DNA of 64,000 nucleotides from Bacteroidales bacterium (GCA_024400835.1 JAKSMC010000005.1:27456-91455); one strand, 5' to 3'; positions 1 through 8,182 are shown, counted from the stretch's first letter. The notes: generated by a model not told the origin, from the sequence alone. Program-made: numbers and translations.

Positions 1-405
1 CAAAAAGCTATCATCGTAGGATGAAGAATAGCATCCGTCTGAATTAAGGGCGGTTTGTTTAAACCAATCGTATCCCCCATTGCACTTCATGATTACGCCA
101 ACAACGCCATTGGTGTGCGATGTTCTATCCTTACGCGTAATATTTTTCAAGCAGTATTCAATTTCCCAGTCAATCCATTTGCTCTCTTTCATTCGGGGAG
201 AAATGATTACGATGGTAACAGAAGTGTCATACATCATATCTCGCAGCACGCGTTTGATGTTCTCGGTAGAAGTATCTGTCAAATCGGGAGAATCACTGGT
301 TTCACCCTTGTAATAGGTGGCATCATCACCTAATGCATTTATGATGTCATCACGAAGCCCTTGCGCTTCATCATATTTGTACGAAATAAATGTTTTGTGT
401 GCCAT
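1..405 (-). CDS. TIR-like domain protein (ThsB / DUF1863 type), first 135 codons; gene runs off the left edge
   Basis: Own minus-strand translation from ATG at 405: MAHKTFISYKYDEAQGLRDD...SVTIVIISPRMKESKWIDWEIEYCL...GVVGVIMK. It is colinear with the FxSxxY start, the S-x-W-x2-WEI glutamate motif and the IIGI strand of ThsB-type TIR proteins. It is absent from the ORF track because it has no stop in the window. It starts 12 nt after the stop of the upstream gene. Confidence 0.6.
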   Translation of the reverse strand, partial: MAHKTFISYKYDEAQGLRDDIINALGDDATYYKGETSDSPDLTDTSTENIKRVLRDMMYDTSVTIVIISPRMKESKWIDWEIEYCLKNITRKDRTSHTNGVVGVIMKCNGGYDWFKQTALNSDGCYSSSYDDSFL

Positions 406-417
406 GGTTAACGAATA

Positions 418-828
418 TTAAAGTGTAAAATTTAATAATAATCCCAATAAAAGAAGTATGATTGTAATAGTGCCATACAATCCTATCATAGTTTTAGAAC
501 AGAATACTTTGAAGTAACTAACTTCGTATCGGCTTGTTCTCAGTTCAAAACGAGTTACATTTTTATCTTCAACAATGTCATTGTACAATTTGCGGTAAAG
601 TTTTTCTTGTTTGAGATAGTACGCATCCAAAGACCAAAAAGTAATGGATGGTGCTATAGCCACAAAAATATAAATAGCCTTTCCACTGCTTGCATATAAA
701 GCCAACAATGCGGATACAATGGCTATCATCCAGCCTTTAAGTTGGAATGAATTGGTGTTCAAACGAGTAATTACGTGTTGAACAAATTCTAAATGTTTAA
801 TTTTTTCTTCCATAATTAATGATTCCAT
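418..828 (-). CDS. Small multi-pass membrane protein (about 136 aa, three hydrophobic spans), unknown family
   Basis: ORF 418..843. The first ATG is at 828 (MESLIMEEK); the track start at 843 is TTG. Hydrophobic spans are WMIAIVSALLALYASS, IYIFVAIAPSITFWSL and IGLYGTITIILLLLGLLLNF. It looks operonic with the TIR gene. Confidence 0.6.
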   Translation of the reverse strand: MESLIMEEKIKHLEFVQHVITRLNTNSFQLKGWMIAIVSALLALYASSGKAIYIFVAIAPSITFWSLDAYYLKQEKLYRKLYNDIVEDKNVTRFELRTSRYEVSYFKVFCSKTMIGLYGTITIILLLLGLLLNFTL

Positions 829-914
829 TTTTTTGTTTTTCAATCTATCATTTCTTGTGTGACTTCCTGGTCTATTTTCATTATCTTATTAGTTGCCGGT
901 TGTATCTTGAAAGC

Positions 915-929
915 GTTACAATTTGTAAC
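915..929. promoter_or_regulatory. Perfect 7-1-7 palindrome GTTACAAtTTGTAAC in the leader of the TM-TIR operon (candidate operator)
   Basis: Read directly from the sequence. It lies between the only TAnnTTTG box (1047..1040) and the ATG at 828. Confidence 0.3.
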
Positions 930-1039
930 GGTTATTTTTTTCTCAGGTATCAGTCGTTTTTTTACGTACAATCCGTATGTTGGATTTGTTCTTCTTTCGT
1001 CATCAGTGATTTGTTGTTAGCGTGAGTTAACTGTTTTCG

Positions 1040-1066
1040 CAAAGATACAACTTTTCAAGATTATTG
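1040..1066 (-). promoter_or_regulatory. Bacteroidota-type -7 box (TATCTTTG on the minus strand, 1047..1040) preceded by the conserved motif CAATAATCTTGAAAAG (1066..1051)
   Basis: The minus strand reads CAATAATCTTGAAAAGTTGTATCTTTGCG. No other CAAAnnTA exists on the plus strand between 829 and 1040. Confidence 0.45.
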
Positions 1067-1079
1067 CCAATTGCTAATT

Positions 1080-2342
1080 TTATTGAAGTTCCGGCACTTT
1101 AATGTCGTATTTTGTCACGAGGTGGTCGTAGATGTCGTGCATCAGCTGGATATTATCTTCATTCAACATCGTGGGCTCAAACATCGTATTGCCAAAATGG
1201 GAGAGCACGTTGAGGGCGTTGGCGTGCAGGCGTTCAAATCCTTCGGTGTCCGCATCCTTTGCCGTAAATTCCTGTCCGCCAAAATGGAAGGTGATGTCGT
1301 CCAATATATGTCCGAGAGGCCCGTTCTTCATATTGCTTTGTCCCAACACTTGTGCGAACTGCTCCACGATGCCACGCATCACGTTAAAGTGATAACGTTG
1401 CAAACGGCAGGGCTCGCCATTGTCGTGGGCATCCAACTCTTTCTTAATCTGTGCCAGCATCGAAAGATGGTAAAACGATGGGGTATGCTCGGGCAGCGGC
1501 GAAGATTTGATATCGCCATTGCTGGATACATTGCGGTATAGATTAATGCCGAAACATCCTTTCAATCCGTTGCGCATTGTGTTGTAGAAAACAGTGTGGT
1601 GGGTTGAGATGATAAAGAAAGGTAGTCCCAATGTGTCTTGAATATTGGTGGCTTTGTAGTGGTTGAAGATGTCCTCGTGGCATTTGTTGATCAGCTCGAA
1701 AAGCTGGCTGGCAAAAAGGATGACGTTGTTGTCATCAAGCGAAGACATCGGGTCGTCGATGTAGATATATTTAATGTTCTTGAATTTGTCATCGCCCGTA
1801 ATCACCAGTTCCATAATGAAACGAAAAACACTCCATACGAAGAGTCGTTCTTCGCCGCGGGAGATTTTGATATAATCGGCTGTGTTCTTGTCGTCAATAT
1901 CGCGCGAAAACCAAACCTCGCGTGGAATATTGTCGCCCGTAACCACGATGTTGCCTTTCTCATCGTGATAATTGCTCTCAAAATGGGCCTTGAATCCGGC
2001 CAGCGTGCGGAGGTAGGCATTAATGCCTTCGCCATAATCATATCCGTCAAGGCCTTGTATGAGTTCCGAATCGGTGTTGATTACCATATATCGTTCGGCA
2101 TCGTTATCAAGGTCGTTGTGCCAGGTGAAGAGGTCCTCGGTAAAGGCATTGTAATAAAGCGTGTGATGCTGGTCATTCACTCTGTCTTGGTGAGCAAATT
2201 CGTATGAAAGTCGCGTCTTTCCAGTGCCGTTGAATGCAAACAGAAGCACGCAGTTGGTGAATTTCGTAACATTATTATTCGAATAAAAACCCAATCGGCT
2301 TTGAATGAACTTGACGATATTTTTGTATTCGTTTCTCTCCAT
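1080..2342 (-). CDS. AAA_13-type ABC-like ATPase, PrrC-like (candidate anticodon nuclease)
   Basis: ORF 1080..2348. The first ATG is at 2342 (MERNEYKN). Walker A is FNGTGKTRLS, the signature-like motif is SRGEERLF, and Walker B/D-loop is IYIDDPMSSLD. The C-terminal NVMRGIVEQF carries an R-x3-E spacing like the PrrC nuclease motif. It is adjacent to type I hsdR, as in the E. coli prr locus. Confidence 0.6.
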   Translation of the reverse strand: MERNEYKNIVKFIQSRLGFYSNNNVTKFTNCVLLFAFNGTGKTRLSYEFAHQDRVNDQHHTLYYNAFTEDLFTWHNDLDNDAERYMVINTDSELIQGLDGYDYGEGINAYLRTLAGFKAHFESNYHDEKGNIVVTGDNIPREVWFSRDIDDKNTADYIKISRGEERLFVWSVFRFIMELVITGDDKFKNIKYIYIDDPMSSLDDNNVILFASQLFELINKCHEDIFNHYKATNIQDTLGLPFFIISTHHTVFYNTMRNGLKGCFGINLYRNVSSNGDIKSSPLPEHTPSFYHLSMLAQIKKELDAHDNGEPCRLQRYHFNVMRGIVEQFAQVLGQSNMKNGPLGHILDDITFHFGGQEFTAKDADTEGFERLHANALNVLSHFGNTMFEPTMLNEDNIQLMHDIYDHLVTKYDIKVPELQ

Positions 2343-2347
2343 AATCA

Positions 2348-2385
2348 ATTGCTAATTTCTAATTGCACATTGCTAATTTCTAATT
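2348..2385. repeat. Tandem direct repeat, 2 x ATTGCTAATTTCTAATT with 21-bp period, filling the spacer between two genes
   Basis: Identical 17-mers at 2348..2364 and 2369..2385. Confidence 0.85.
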
Positions 2386-2395
2386 ACTTCAATCA

Positions 2396-3745
2396 TCATA
2401 ACAAAGGTGCCATATACAGAGGAAGGAACAGCATACCGTTTTCTTCTTTCAAATCGGCTCCATGCAACACGATCGGGGTTGTGAGGTATTCGCCGAATTT
2501 CTCCACACATTTTCGCAATGAAGAGAGCGTATAGCGCTGAGAGGATTTCACCTCAATAGGCGTGATGTTGTGCCTGGATGTCAATTTGCTTTTGGCGGTC
2601 AGGAAATCAATTTCCATACGTTCGCTTGCATCATCGCGGTTAGAATTGCTATAGAAATACAATTTGTGGCCATTGGAAGCAAGCATTTGGGCAACAATAT
2701 TTTCAACGAGCATACCTTCGTTCACTTCCAATTTGTTGAGTAGTAATTTCTGATAGAGTTCGATGGGCACTTTCCCGTTTTCGTCGAAAGCGTGGGCGAC
2801 AAGTAGCCCCGTATCGCCCATATAGCATTTGAGGGTGTTGCGTTCCATATTGAGGCGAAGCCCCACATTGGGTGCGGTACAGTTATAGCAGATGTTCACA
2901 ATGCCTGCGTCGGCAAGCCAGAAGAAGGCGTCGTCGTAGTCGCGGTAAGACGCGCCAGACTCCAATGCCGACAATCGGAATTTCTTCTCGTGTTTTTGAA
3001 GTTGAGAGGGAATCTGTTCAAAAATGCTTTTCACTTTGTGTTCCAAGCCTGCTGCGTATTTGGAAATATCGTTGGTATAAACCTGCAAAATTCCCCGTTT
3101 CACTTGGTCCACCTTGTCGAAATCCTTGGAGTTGACAAATGCTTGAACGGCTTGCGGCATTCCACCCACAATCATATAGGTGCGGAGATACTCCATTGCT
3201 TTGCGGTGGTGTGGCCCCATCTGCTGGCGTCTTTCGAAACATTGCCGTATATATGGCATCAATAAGTCATTGCCAATAGCCCAAAGAAATTCCTCGAAGT
3301 CCATCGGAAACATCGGTATGGCCTCCTCTTCGGAAGGAATGACAATGTCGCGCACATTTTTCTTGATGCTGACAAGCGAACCTGTTTCAATATAATGGAA
3401 TCGACCGTCAGCCACAAGATATTTGATGGCGGCACGGGCGCGTGGACAAAGCTGCACCTCGTCAAAAACTATGACAGATTTGCCCGGGGTGAGTCGCGTG
3501 CCGTAATGGATTTGCAGGTTCATCAGCAGTGTGTCGAGGTCTTCCAAGAGCGTGTCGAACCAGTTCCAAAGCACTTTATCGGCCTTGTTGAAGTCAATGA
3601 GTAGATATGAATCGTATTCGTTGCGGGCAAATTCCTCCACAATATAGCTTTTACCAATCCGTCGTGCCCCTTCTATCAGCACAGCTGTTGCACCATTTCG
3701 TTGTGTCTTCCACTCTAATAACTTATTGTAAATCTTTCTTTTCAT
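2396..3745 (-). CDS. AAA+ ATPase with C-terminal DUF4143 / PD-(D/E)xK-like domain (COG1373 type), copy 1
   Basis: ORF 2396..3790. The likely start is the ATG at 3745 (MKRKIYNKLLEW). Walker A is EGARRIGKS and Walker B is VIVFDEVQ. The C-terminal EIDFL...IEVKSS has a D...ExK pattern. Confidence 0.85.
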   Translation of the reverse strand: MKRKIYNKLLEWKTQRNGATAVLIEGARRIGKSYIVEEFARNEYDSYLLIDFNKADKVLWNWFDTLLEDLDTLLMNLQIHYGTRLTPGKSVIVFDEVQLCPRARAAIKYLVADGRFHYIETGSLVSIKKNVRDIVIPSEEEAIPMFPMDFEEFLWAIGNDLLMPYIRQCFERRQQMGPHHRKAMEYLRTYMIVGGMPQAVQAFVNSKDFDKVDQVKRGILQVYTNDISKYAAGLEHKVKSIFEQIPSQLQKHEKKFRLSALESGASYRDYDDAFFWLADAGIVNICYNCTAPNVGLRLNMERNTLKCYMGDTGLLVAHAFDENGKVPIELYQKLLLNKLEVNEGMLVENIVAQMLASNGHKLYFYSNSNRDDASERMEIDFLTAKSKLTSRHNITPIEVKSSQRYTLSSLRKCVEKFGEYLTTPIVLHGADLKEENGMLFLPLYMAPLL

Positions 3746-3757
3746 AAACAAACTCAG

Positions 3758-3839
3758 CTTTTCAAGATTATTGAACGTGCAAAAATACAACTTTTCAAGA
3801 TTATTGAAAGCACAAATTTACAACTTTTCAAGATTATTG
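3758..3839. repeat. Three tandem copies (33-bp period) of CTTTTCAAGATTATTG, two of them each followed by a -7-like box on the minus strand
   Basis: Motif copies at 3758..3773, 3791..3806 and 3824..3839. Minus-strand TATTTTTG is at 3787..3780 and TAAATTTG at 3820..3813. The array lies directly upstream of the ATPase ATG at 3745. Confidence 0.85.
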
Positions 3840-3873
3840 GTATTTTTCGTTGATAATTGCTCATTACTAATTG

Positions 3874-6828
3874 CTAATTAACATACGCGCTCAATCCTTC
3901 AATCTTACGTCCTGCGGCAAGGCGTTTGAAATGCGGAGCCAGGTCTTTCATAAGGTTCTCTTTGGCGGCCTTGCGTACTTTCCAACCCAGATTGATAAAG
4001 ATTTCGTTGAGCTTGTCTTCGTCAATACGGGCGAAACGAATGGTCTCGGTGATGAAGGCCAGCAGAACGTCCTTATCCACGCCGTAGTTATCCGCAATTT
4101 CGGCAAAGGTGTTGTTAATCATCTGCTCCTTGAATTGCTGATACCCGCTTTTGACTTCATCGTCAGACATTTCGGTGCCCAAGGGCAACGTATCTATGTA
4201 GGCGGAGACATACTCTTTCTCGTCGGCCATATCGGAACTGGAGATGAGGATGGAGAGCAGTTGTTCCTTGGTCATCTTCTGTTTGTGTGTTGGGCGCGTG
4301 TAGAGGGAAATCAGGTGCATAATGTAATCGTAATCCACCAGGGCAGAGGCGAAGAGCACCAACTCGAAATCATAATCTACGTATATGTGGTCGGATGAAT
4401 TGCCATCCAAGATTTTGGCTTTCACTTCTTTGGCCGTTTCCAGATAGGCGCCTCGGAAAGCGCGGAGGGTGTCTTCATCGAGGTCGTTTTCAATCGTCTC
4501 TTTCTGTTCAGGGGTGAGGTCGGTATATTGGTCCAGACGCGTTTTGAGCGCCTGCACTTTCTTGAAAGCGTCGATGAAGTCCATTTTGGCTTCGGTGCCG
4601 GAGAGGTTTCCAACTTCCTCGGGAGTGCAATCGAGCCCGTGCCCGTTCATAGTGGAAGCGAGCGCTTGCACGGCGTTGTGATAATCGCGAATCACCTCGG
4701 AGGCGGGCTCTACCAGCCAGATTTTCTTGTCCGCTTCCACATCGGTGCCGGAAAACAGCGTGATGGCTTCATCCACGCGGGCACGCAAATCGCGATAGCA
4801 AATGATATTGCCGTAGGGCTTGGTGGCGTTGAGAATACGGTTGGTTCTGGAAAATGCCTGGATGAGGGAGTGGTATTTGAGGTCTTTATCCACATAAAGT
4901 GTGTTGAGGTACTTGGAGTCGAAACCCGTCAGCAGCATATCCACGACAATGACGATGTCGATTTTTTGGTCTTGAGGGATGGAAGAATTGGGGAACTTTT
5001 GACTCTTGATACGTTTTTGCACATCACGGTAGTAGTCGTCGAAGTTGTTGATTGAGTGCGCCGTGCCAAACCGGCTGTTATACAGCGTGATGATGTTGTT
5101 GAGCGCCAACTTTTTGCCAGAAGGGTCCTTCTGAAGGTCCTGCTTTTCCTGCTCCAAATCATCCTGCAGTTGCTCAATGTCTTTATTGCCTTCGGCAGGA
5201 GGCGTGAAAACGCAAGCAATGTTCAGGTATTTGTAGTTCGGTTTGGTGACCATAAATTCCTCTTGTTTCTGCTCGAAAAGGCGGTGGTAGGCGATGGCCT
5301 CATCAATAGAGCTGGTGGCGAAGATGGCATTGAATTTGCGGTGGTTGGTGGCCGCATCGTGTTTCAGCAGAATGTTCTCCACAATGGCCTCTTGAGAAGG
5401 CTTAACGATTTGGTCTCCATTTTCTCCGTGGTAGTAGTCGATGTGAAATTGCAGTACATTTTTATCATCAATGGCATTGGTGATGGTATATTGGTGGAGT
5501 TGCTTTTGAAATACGTCTTTTGTGGTAACGTAGCTGGCCGTTGTTCCATCCACTCTGGTGTAGGAACTGTTGTCTTCAAAAATAGGTGTTCCCGTAAAAC
5601 CGAACATCTGGGCATTCGGGAAGAACTCCTCGATGGCACGACGGTTTTCGCCAAACTGGCTGCGATGGCATTCGTCGAAAATGAAGATGATGTGTTTGTC
5701 TTTGAGCTTGTGGAGGCGTTCCACATAGTTCTGACGGTTGTTGGGGTCCAGTGCCAGACCGAGTTTTTGGATGGTGGTCACAATCACTTTGTCGGCGTAG
5801 TCGTCCGAGCACAAGCGATTGACGAGTGCGCCGGTGTTGATGTTTTCTTCCACGCATCCTTCTTGGAACTTGTTGAATTCATCGCGGGTTTGGGTGTCCA
5901 AGTCTTTGCGATCAACCACAAAGATGCACTTTTCGACGTTTGTATTTTCCTTCAGCAGAGTAGAAGCCTTAAAAGAAGTCAGCGTCTTTCCGGAACCGGT
6001 TGTGTGCCAGATATAGCCATTGCCGGAATTTTGGTCAACGCATTGCAAGATACTTTCGACAGCGTAAATCTGGTACGGGCGCATCACCATCATCTGCCTG
6101 GTACTTTGTACGAGGACCATATAGCGGCTGATGAGGCGTCCGAGCGTACATTTCGGCAACATCAGGGAAGTAAAGGCGTGCAGATTCAGCACCTTGTGCC
6201 CTTCGTGGTTGGCAGCCCGACAAACCGGAAGGTATTGTTCGTCGGCATCAAATTTGAAAAACTCGTCATTATTGTTGGCGAAATAAAGCGTATTGGAAGC
6301 GCCGTTGCTCACAATGAACAGCTGCATAAAACACATCAGAGTGTTGGTATAGCCATTGCCACGATCTTTCTTATATTTTGCTATTTGTTCGATAGCTTTG
6401 ATTGGGGAGATGGTCACGTCCTTAAGTTCGATTTGTACCAGTGGAAGTCCATTGATAAGGATGACCACATCATAACGATGATTGCTGTCTTCCGTGTTGA
6501 TACGGAGCTGGTTGCACACCTCGTACGTGTTTTTGCACCAGTCTTTGATGTTGACGAGTGTATAGTTGAGCGGTGTGCCGTCGTCGCGAATGAACGTCTG
6601 CTTTTCACGAAGTGTTTGTGAAGCCTTGAACACATCCGGGGTGATGATGTCGCCAAGAAGTCTGTCAAATTCATGGTCGGAAAGGTGAACGAAATTCAGC
6701 TTCTCGAATTTCTCTCGGAAATTATTGCGAAGAGTTTCCGAATTGCGGATGTCGTTGCGATAAACGTAGTTTAACTCTTGAAGATGGCATATCAGTTCTT
6801 GTTCGATTGTTGATTCTTTAGCGCTCAT
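3874..6828 (-). CDS. hsdR: Type I restriction enzyme R subunit (HsdR)
   Basis: ORF 3874..6909. The likely start is the ATG at 6828 (MSAKESTIEQ), 45 nt downstream of a -7 box. N-terminal nuclease motif is YDVVILINGLPLVQIELK (D...ExK). SF2 motor motifs are HTTGSGKTLT and IFDECHRSQ. About 985 aa, long helical C-terminus. Confidence 0.9.
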   Translation of the reverse strand: MSAKESTIEQELICHLQELNYVYRNDIRNSETLRNNFREKFEKLNFVHLSDHEFDRLLGDIITPDVFKASQTLREKQTFIRDDGTPLNYTLVNIKDWCKNTYEVCNQLRINTEDSNHRYDVVILINGLPLVQIELKDVTISPIKAIEQIAKYKKDRGNGYTNTLMCFMQLFIVSNGASNTLYFANNNDEFFKFDADEQYLPVCRAANHEGHKVLNLHAFTSLMLPKCTLGRLISRYMVLVQSTRQMMVMRPYQIYAVESILQCVDQNSGNGYIWHTTGSGKTLTSFKASTLLKENTNVEKCIFVVDRKDLDTQTRDEFNKFQEGCVEENINTGALVNRLCSDDYADKVIVTTIQKLGLALDPNNRQNYVERLHKLKDKHIIFIFDECHRSQFGENRRAIEEFFPNAQMFGFTGTPIFEDNSSYTRVDGTTASYVTTKDVFQKQLHQYTITNAIDDKNVLQFHIDYYHGENGDQIVKPSQEAIVENILLKHDAATNHRKFNAIFATSSIDEAIAYHRLFEQKQEEFMVTKPNYKYLNIACVFTPPAEGNKDIEQLQDDLEQEKQDLQKDPSGKKLALNNIITLYNSRFGTAHSINNFDDYYRDVQKRIKSQKFPNSSIPQDQKIDIVIVVDMLLTGFDSKYLNTLYVDKDLKYHSLIQAFSRTNRILNATKPYGNIICYRDLRARVDEAITLFSGTDVEADKKIWLVEPASEVIRDYHNAVQALASTMNGHGLDCTPEEVGNLSGTEAKMDFIDAFKKVQALKTRLDQYTDLTPEQKETIENDLDEDTLRAFRGAYLETAKEVKAKILDGNSSDHIYVDYDFELVLFASALVDYDYIMHLISLYTRPTHKQKMTKEQLLSILISSSDMADEKEYVSAYIDTLPLGTEMSDDEVKSGYQQFKEQMINNTFAEIADNYGVDKDVLLAFITETIRFARIDEDKLNEIFINLGWKVRKAAKENLMKDLAPHFKRLAAGRKIEGLSAYVN

Positions 6829-6872
6829 TCTGATTGTATTCTTATGGTTTTGTCTGTTTTGATTTACGGCTG

Positions 6873-6908
6873 CAAAAATACAGCGGGGTTGTGCAATCTT
6901 TTTGCACA
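6873..6908 (-). promoter_or_regulatory. hsdR promoter -7 box (TATTTTTG, 6880..6873) preceded by inverted repeat TGTGCAA-N5-TTGCACA (6890..6908)
   Basis: Both elements were read directly. The inverted repeat sits right after the WYL gene stop (6911) and upstream of the -7 box. Confidence 0.4.
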
Positions 6909-6910
6909 AA

Positions 6911-7921
6911 TCATTCTTCCCTATATTTTTCTGTCATTTTTTCTGCAAATTCTGCCATTTTAAGTCGTACATCTGCTGGTTCAAGCACTTCAAGGTCTGG
7001 CCCGTATGCGAGGAGAAGTTGGTACAATTCCTTGTTCGGGATGACTTTTAATTCAATAATGCCCTCGGAGGCGCGATGGTTGCGCTGTGACGGGTGAAGT
7101 GGTTTGGAAAGGACGTACGGCAGGCGTTTCTGCGCAATGCGCAGGACTATATTCTTTATTTCTTCGTTGGTTTTTGTCACGCCGACAAAGTCTTCGAAAT
7201 ATTCACCAAAGTCGCAGAATGTGTTTTCGACAAATTCAACGGGTGCCGGTTTGAGGCTCTTGATTCTGTCTAAGGGCATATTGACAATGTTATTGTGAAT
7301 GCCATCGGTGGTGAATCCCAGTAGAAACCATCGATTGTTATATTGTTTTATAAAATATGGATGCACAATGCTTTCGAATGATGGTTTGCCGTATGGTTCG
7401 TAGGTGATGTGCAGAGGCTGCTTGCTGATGATGGCCTCAAACAGTGGGCTAAGATACTCTAAGCCGGAGGCCTCCTCGTTGGTGTCGAATGCGATTACGC
7501 TTTGCGGTGATGGTAATGTGAATCCATATTTATCCTCCAACTGTCCGACAATCTCCTGTATCCTTTCGAACTGCGGCAACCCGTGGAACTGTTGAAGGAG
7601 TAGCATAAGCGATTTCAGCTGCTCAAGCTGTTGCGCATTGAGATCATTCTTCCAAATGGAATAATTGGGGTCTGCATATCGGTAGAAACGTCTTCCTCCG
7701 TTGTAGCAGGGAGTTGCAAATACGACGTTCCAATCGTGGTTCGATTCCATTGCCCGGATGTCATATTGAACCGTGCGCTTTGAAACATTCGGTTGGTCGT
7801 TGTTCTCAAGAGTGCGGTTTACAGCTTTTAGCAAATCGTCTATATAATAGTATTTGACTCGGTCGCTGAAACAGCGGTCAAGGGCCTGGTAACGCAAAGT
7901 AGCAAGTTTGGTGTTTGGCAT
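6911..7921 (-). CDS. HTH-WYL domain transcriptional regulator (BrxR/CapW-like architecture)
   Basis: ORF 6911..7960. The likely start is the ATG at 7921 (MPNTKLATLRYQALD), downstream of TACTTTTG. It has an N-terminal wHTH-like segment. The central region YFIKQYNNRWFLLGF is typical of WYL domains. The C-terminal extension resembles WCX. Confidence 0.8.
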   Translation of the reverse strand: MPNTKLATLRYQALDRCFSDRVKYYYIDDLLKAVNRTLENNDQPNVSKRTVQYDIRAMESNHDWNVVFATPCYNGGRRFYRYADPNYSIWKNDLNAQQLEQLKSLMLLLQQFHGLPQFERIQEIVGQLEDKYGFTLPSPQSVIAFDTNEEASGLEYLSPLFEAIISKQPLHITYEPYGKPSFESIVHPYFIKQYNNRWFLLGFTTDGIHNNIVNMPLDRIKSLKPAPVEFVENTFCDFGEYFEDFVGVTKTNEEIKNIVLRIAQKRLPYVLSKPLHPSQRNHRASEGIIELKVIPNKELYQLLLAYGPDLEVLEPADVRLKMAEFAEKMTEKYREE

Positions 7922-7947
7922 TCGCGAAAGTGTTGGTTTTGATAGCG

Positions 7948-7955
7948 CAAAAGTA
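7948..7955 (-). promoter_or_regulatory. -7 box TACTTTTG for the WYL regulator gene
   Basis: The minus strand reads TACTTTTG, about 26 nt upstream of the ATG at 7921. Confidence 0.45.
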
Positions 7956-8182
7956 CGCATTTTTTTGTTGATATTTCAGTATGATAAGGAATAAAAAATG
8001 TTGTATTCTTCTTTTCTGGCAGAAAAAGGAGATGAAGCGAGAATTATGGTAAGCGTGCCTTGAAAACCGCCCAATGCAATCACAGAGACATTTGTTTTAT
8101 TTCGTCAGGTGTGGCCGAAATGACCAATCTGCTCGGACAATTTGCAAGAAAGAAAGGTCTGACTTTTTATTAAAATTATTAG

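Noticed and set aside
55-333. Plus-strand ORFs of 92 and 77 aa at the left edge
   Set aside because: They are antisense to the TIR-like frame that starts at 405 and reads through to the window edge with recognisable TIR motifs.
819-1025. 68-aa plus-strand ORF in the TM-TIR leader
   Set aside because: Its hydrophobic, AT-skewed translation overlaps the start of the 3-TM gene on the other strand, and it has no promoter. It is probably not coding, although the ~210-nt leader itself is flagged as unusual.
3758-3839. Tandem 33-bp repeats considered as a possible CRISPR array
   Set aside because: There are only three units and the intervening sequence is itself part of the repeat, with no unique spacers. 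There are no cas genes. The units contain promoter-like boxes instead.
5056-6621. 521-aa plus-strand ORF inside the hsdR region
   Set aside because: It is antisense to a complete HsdR frame with all helicase and nuclease motifs. Its translation is low-complexity (V/G/F/L-rich), lacks motifs and has no promoter context. It is a shadow ORF.
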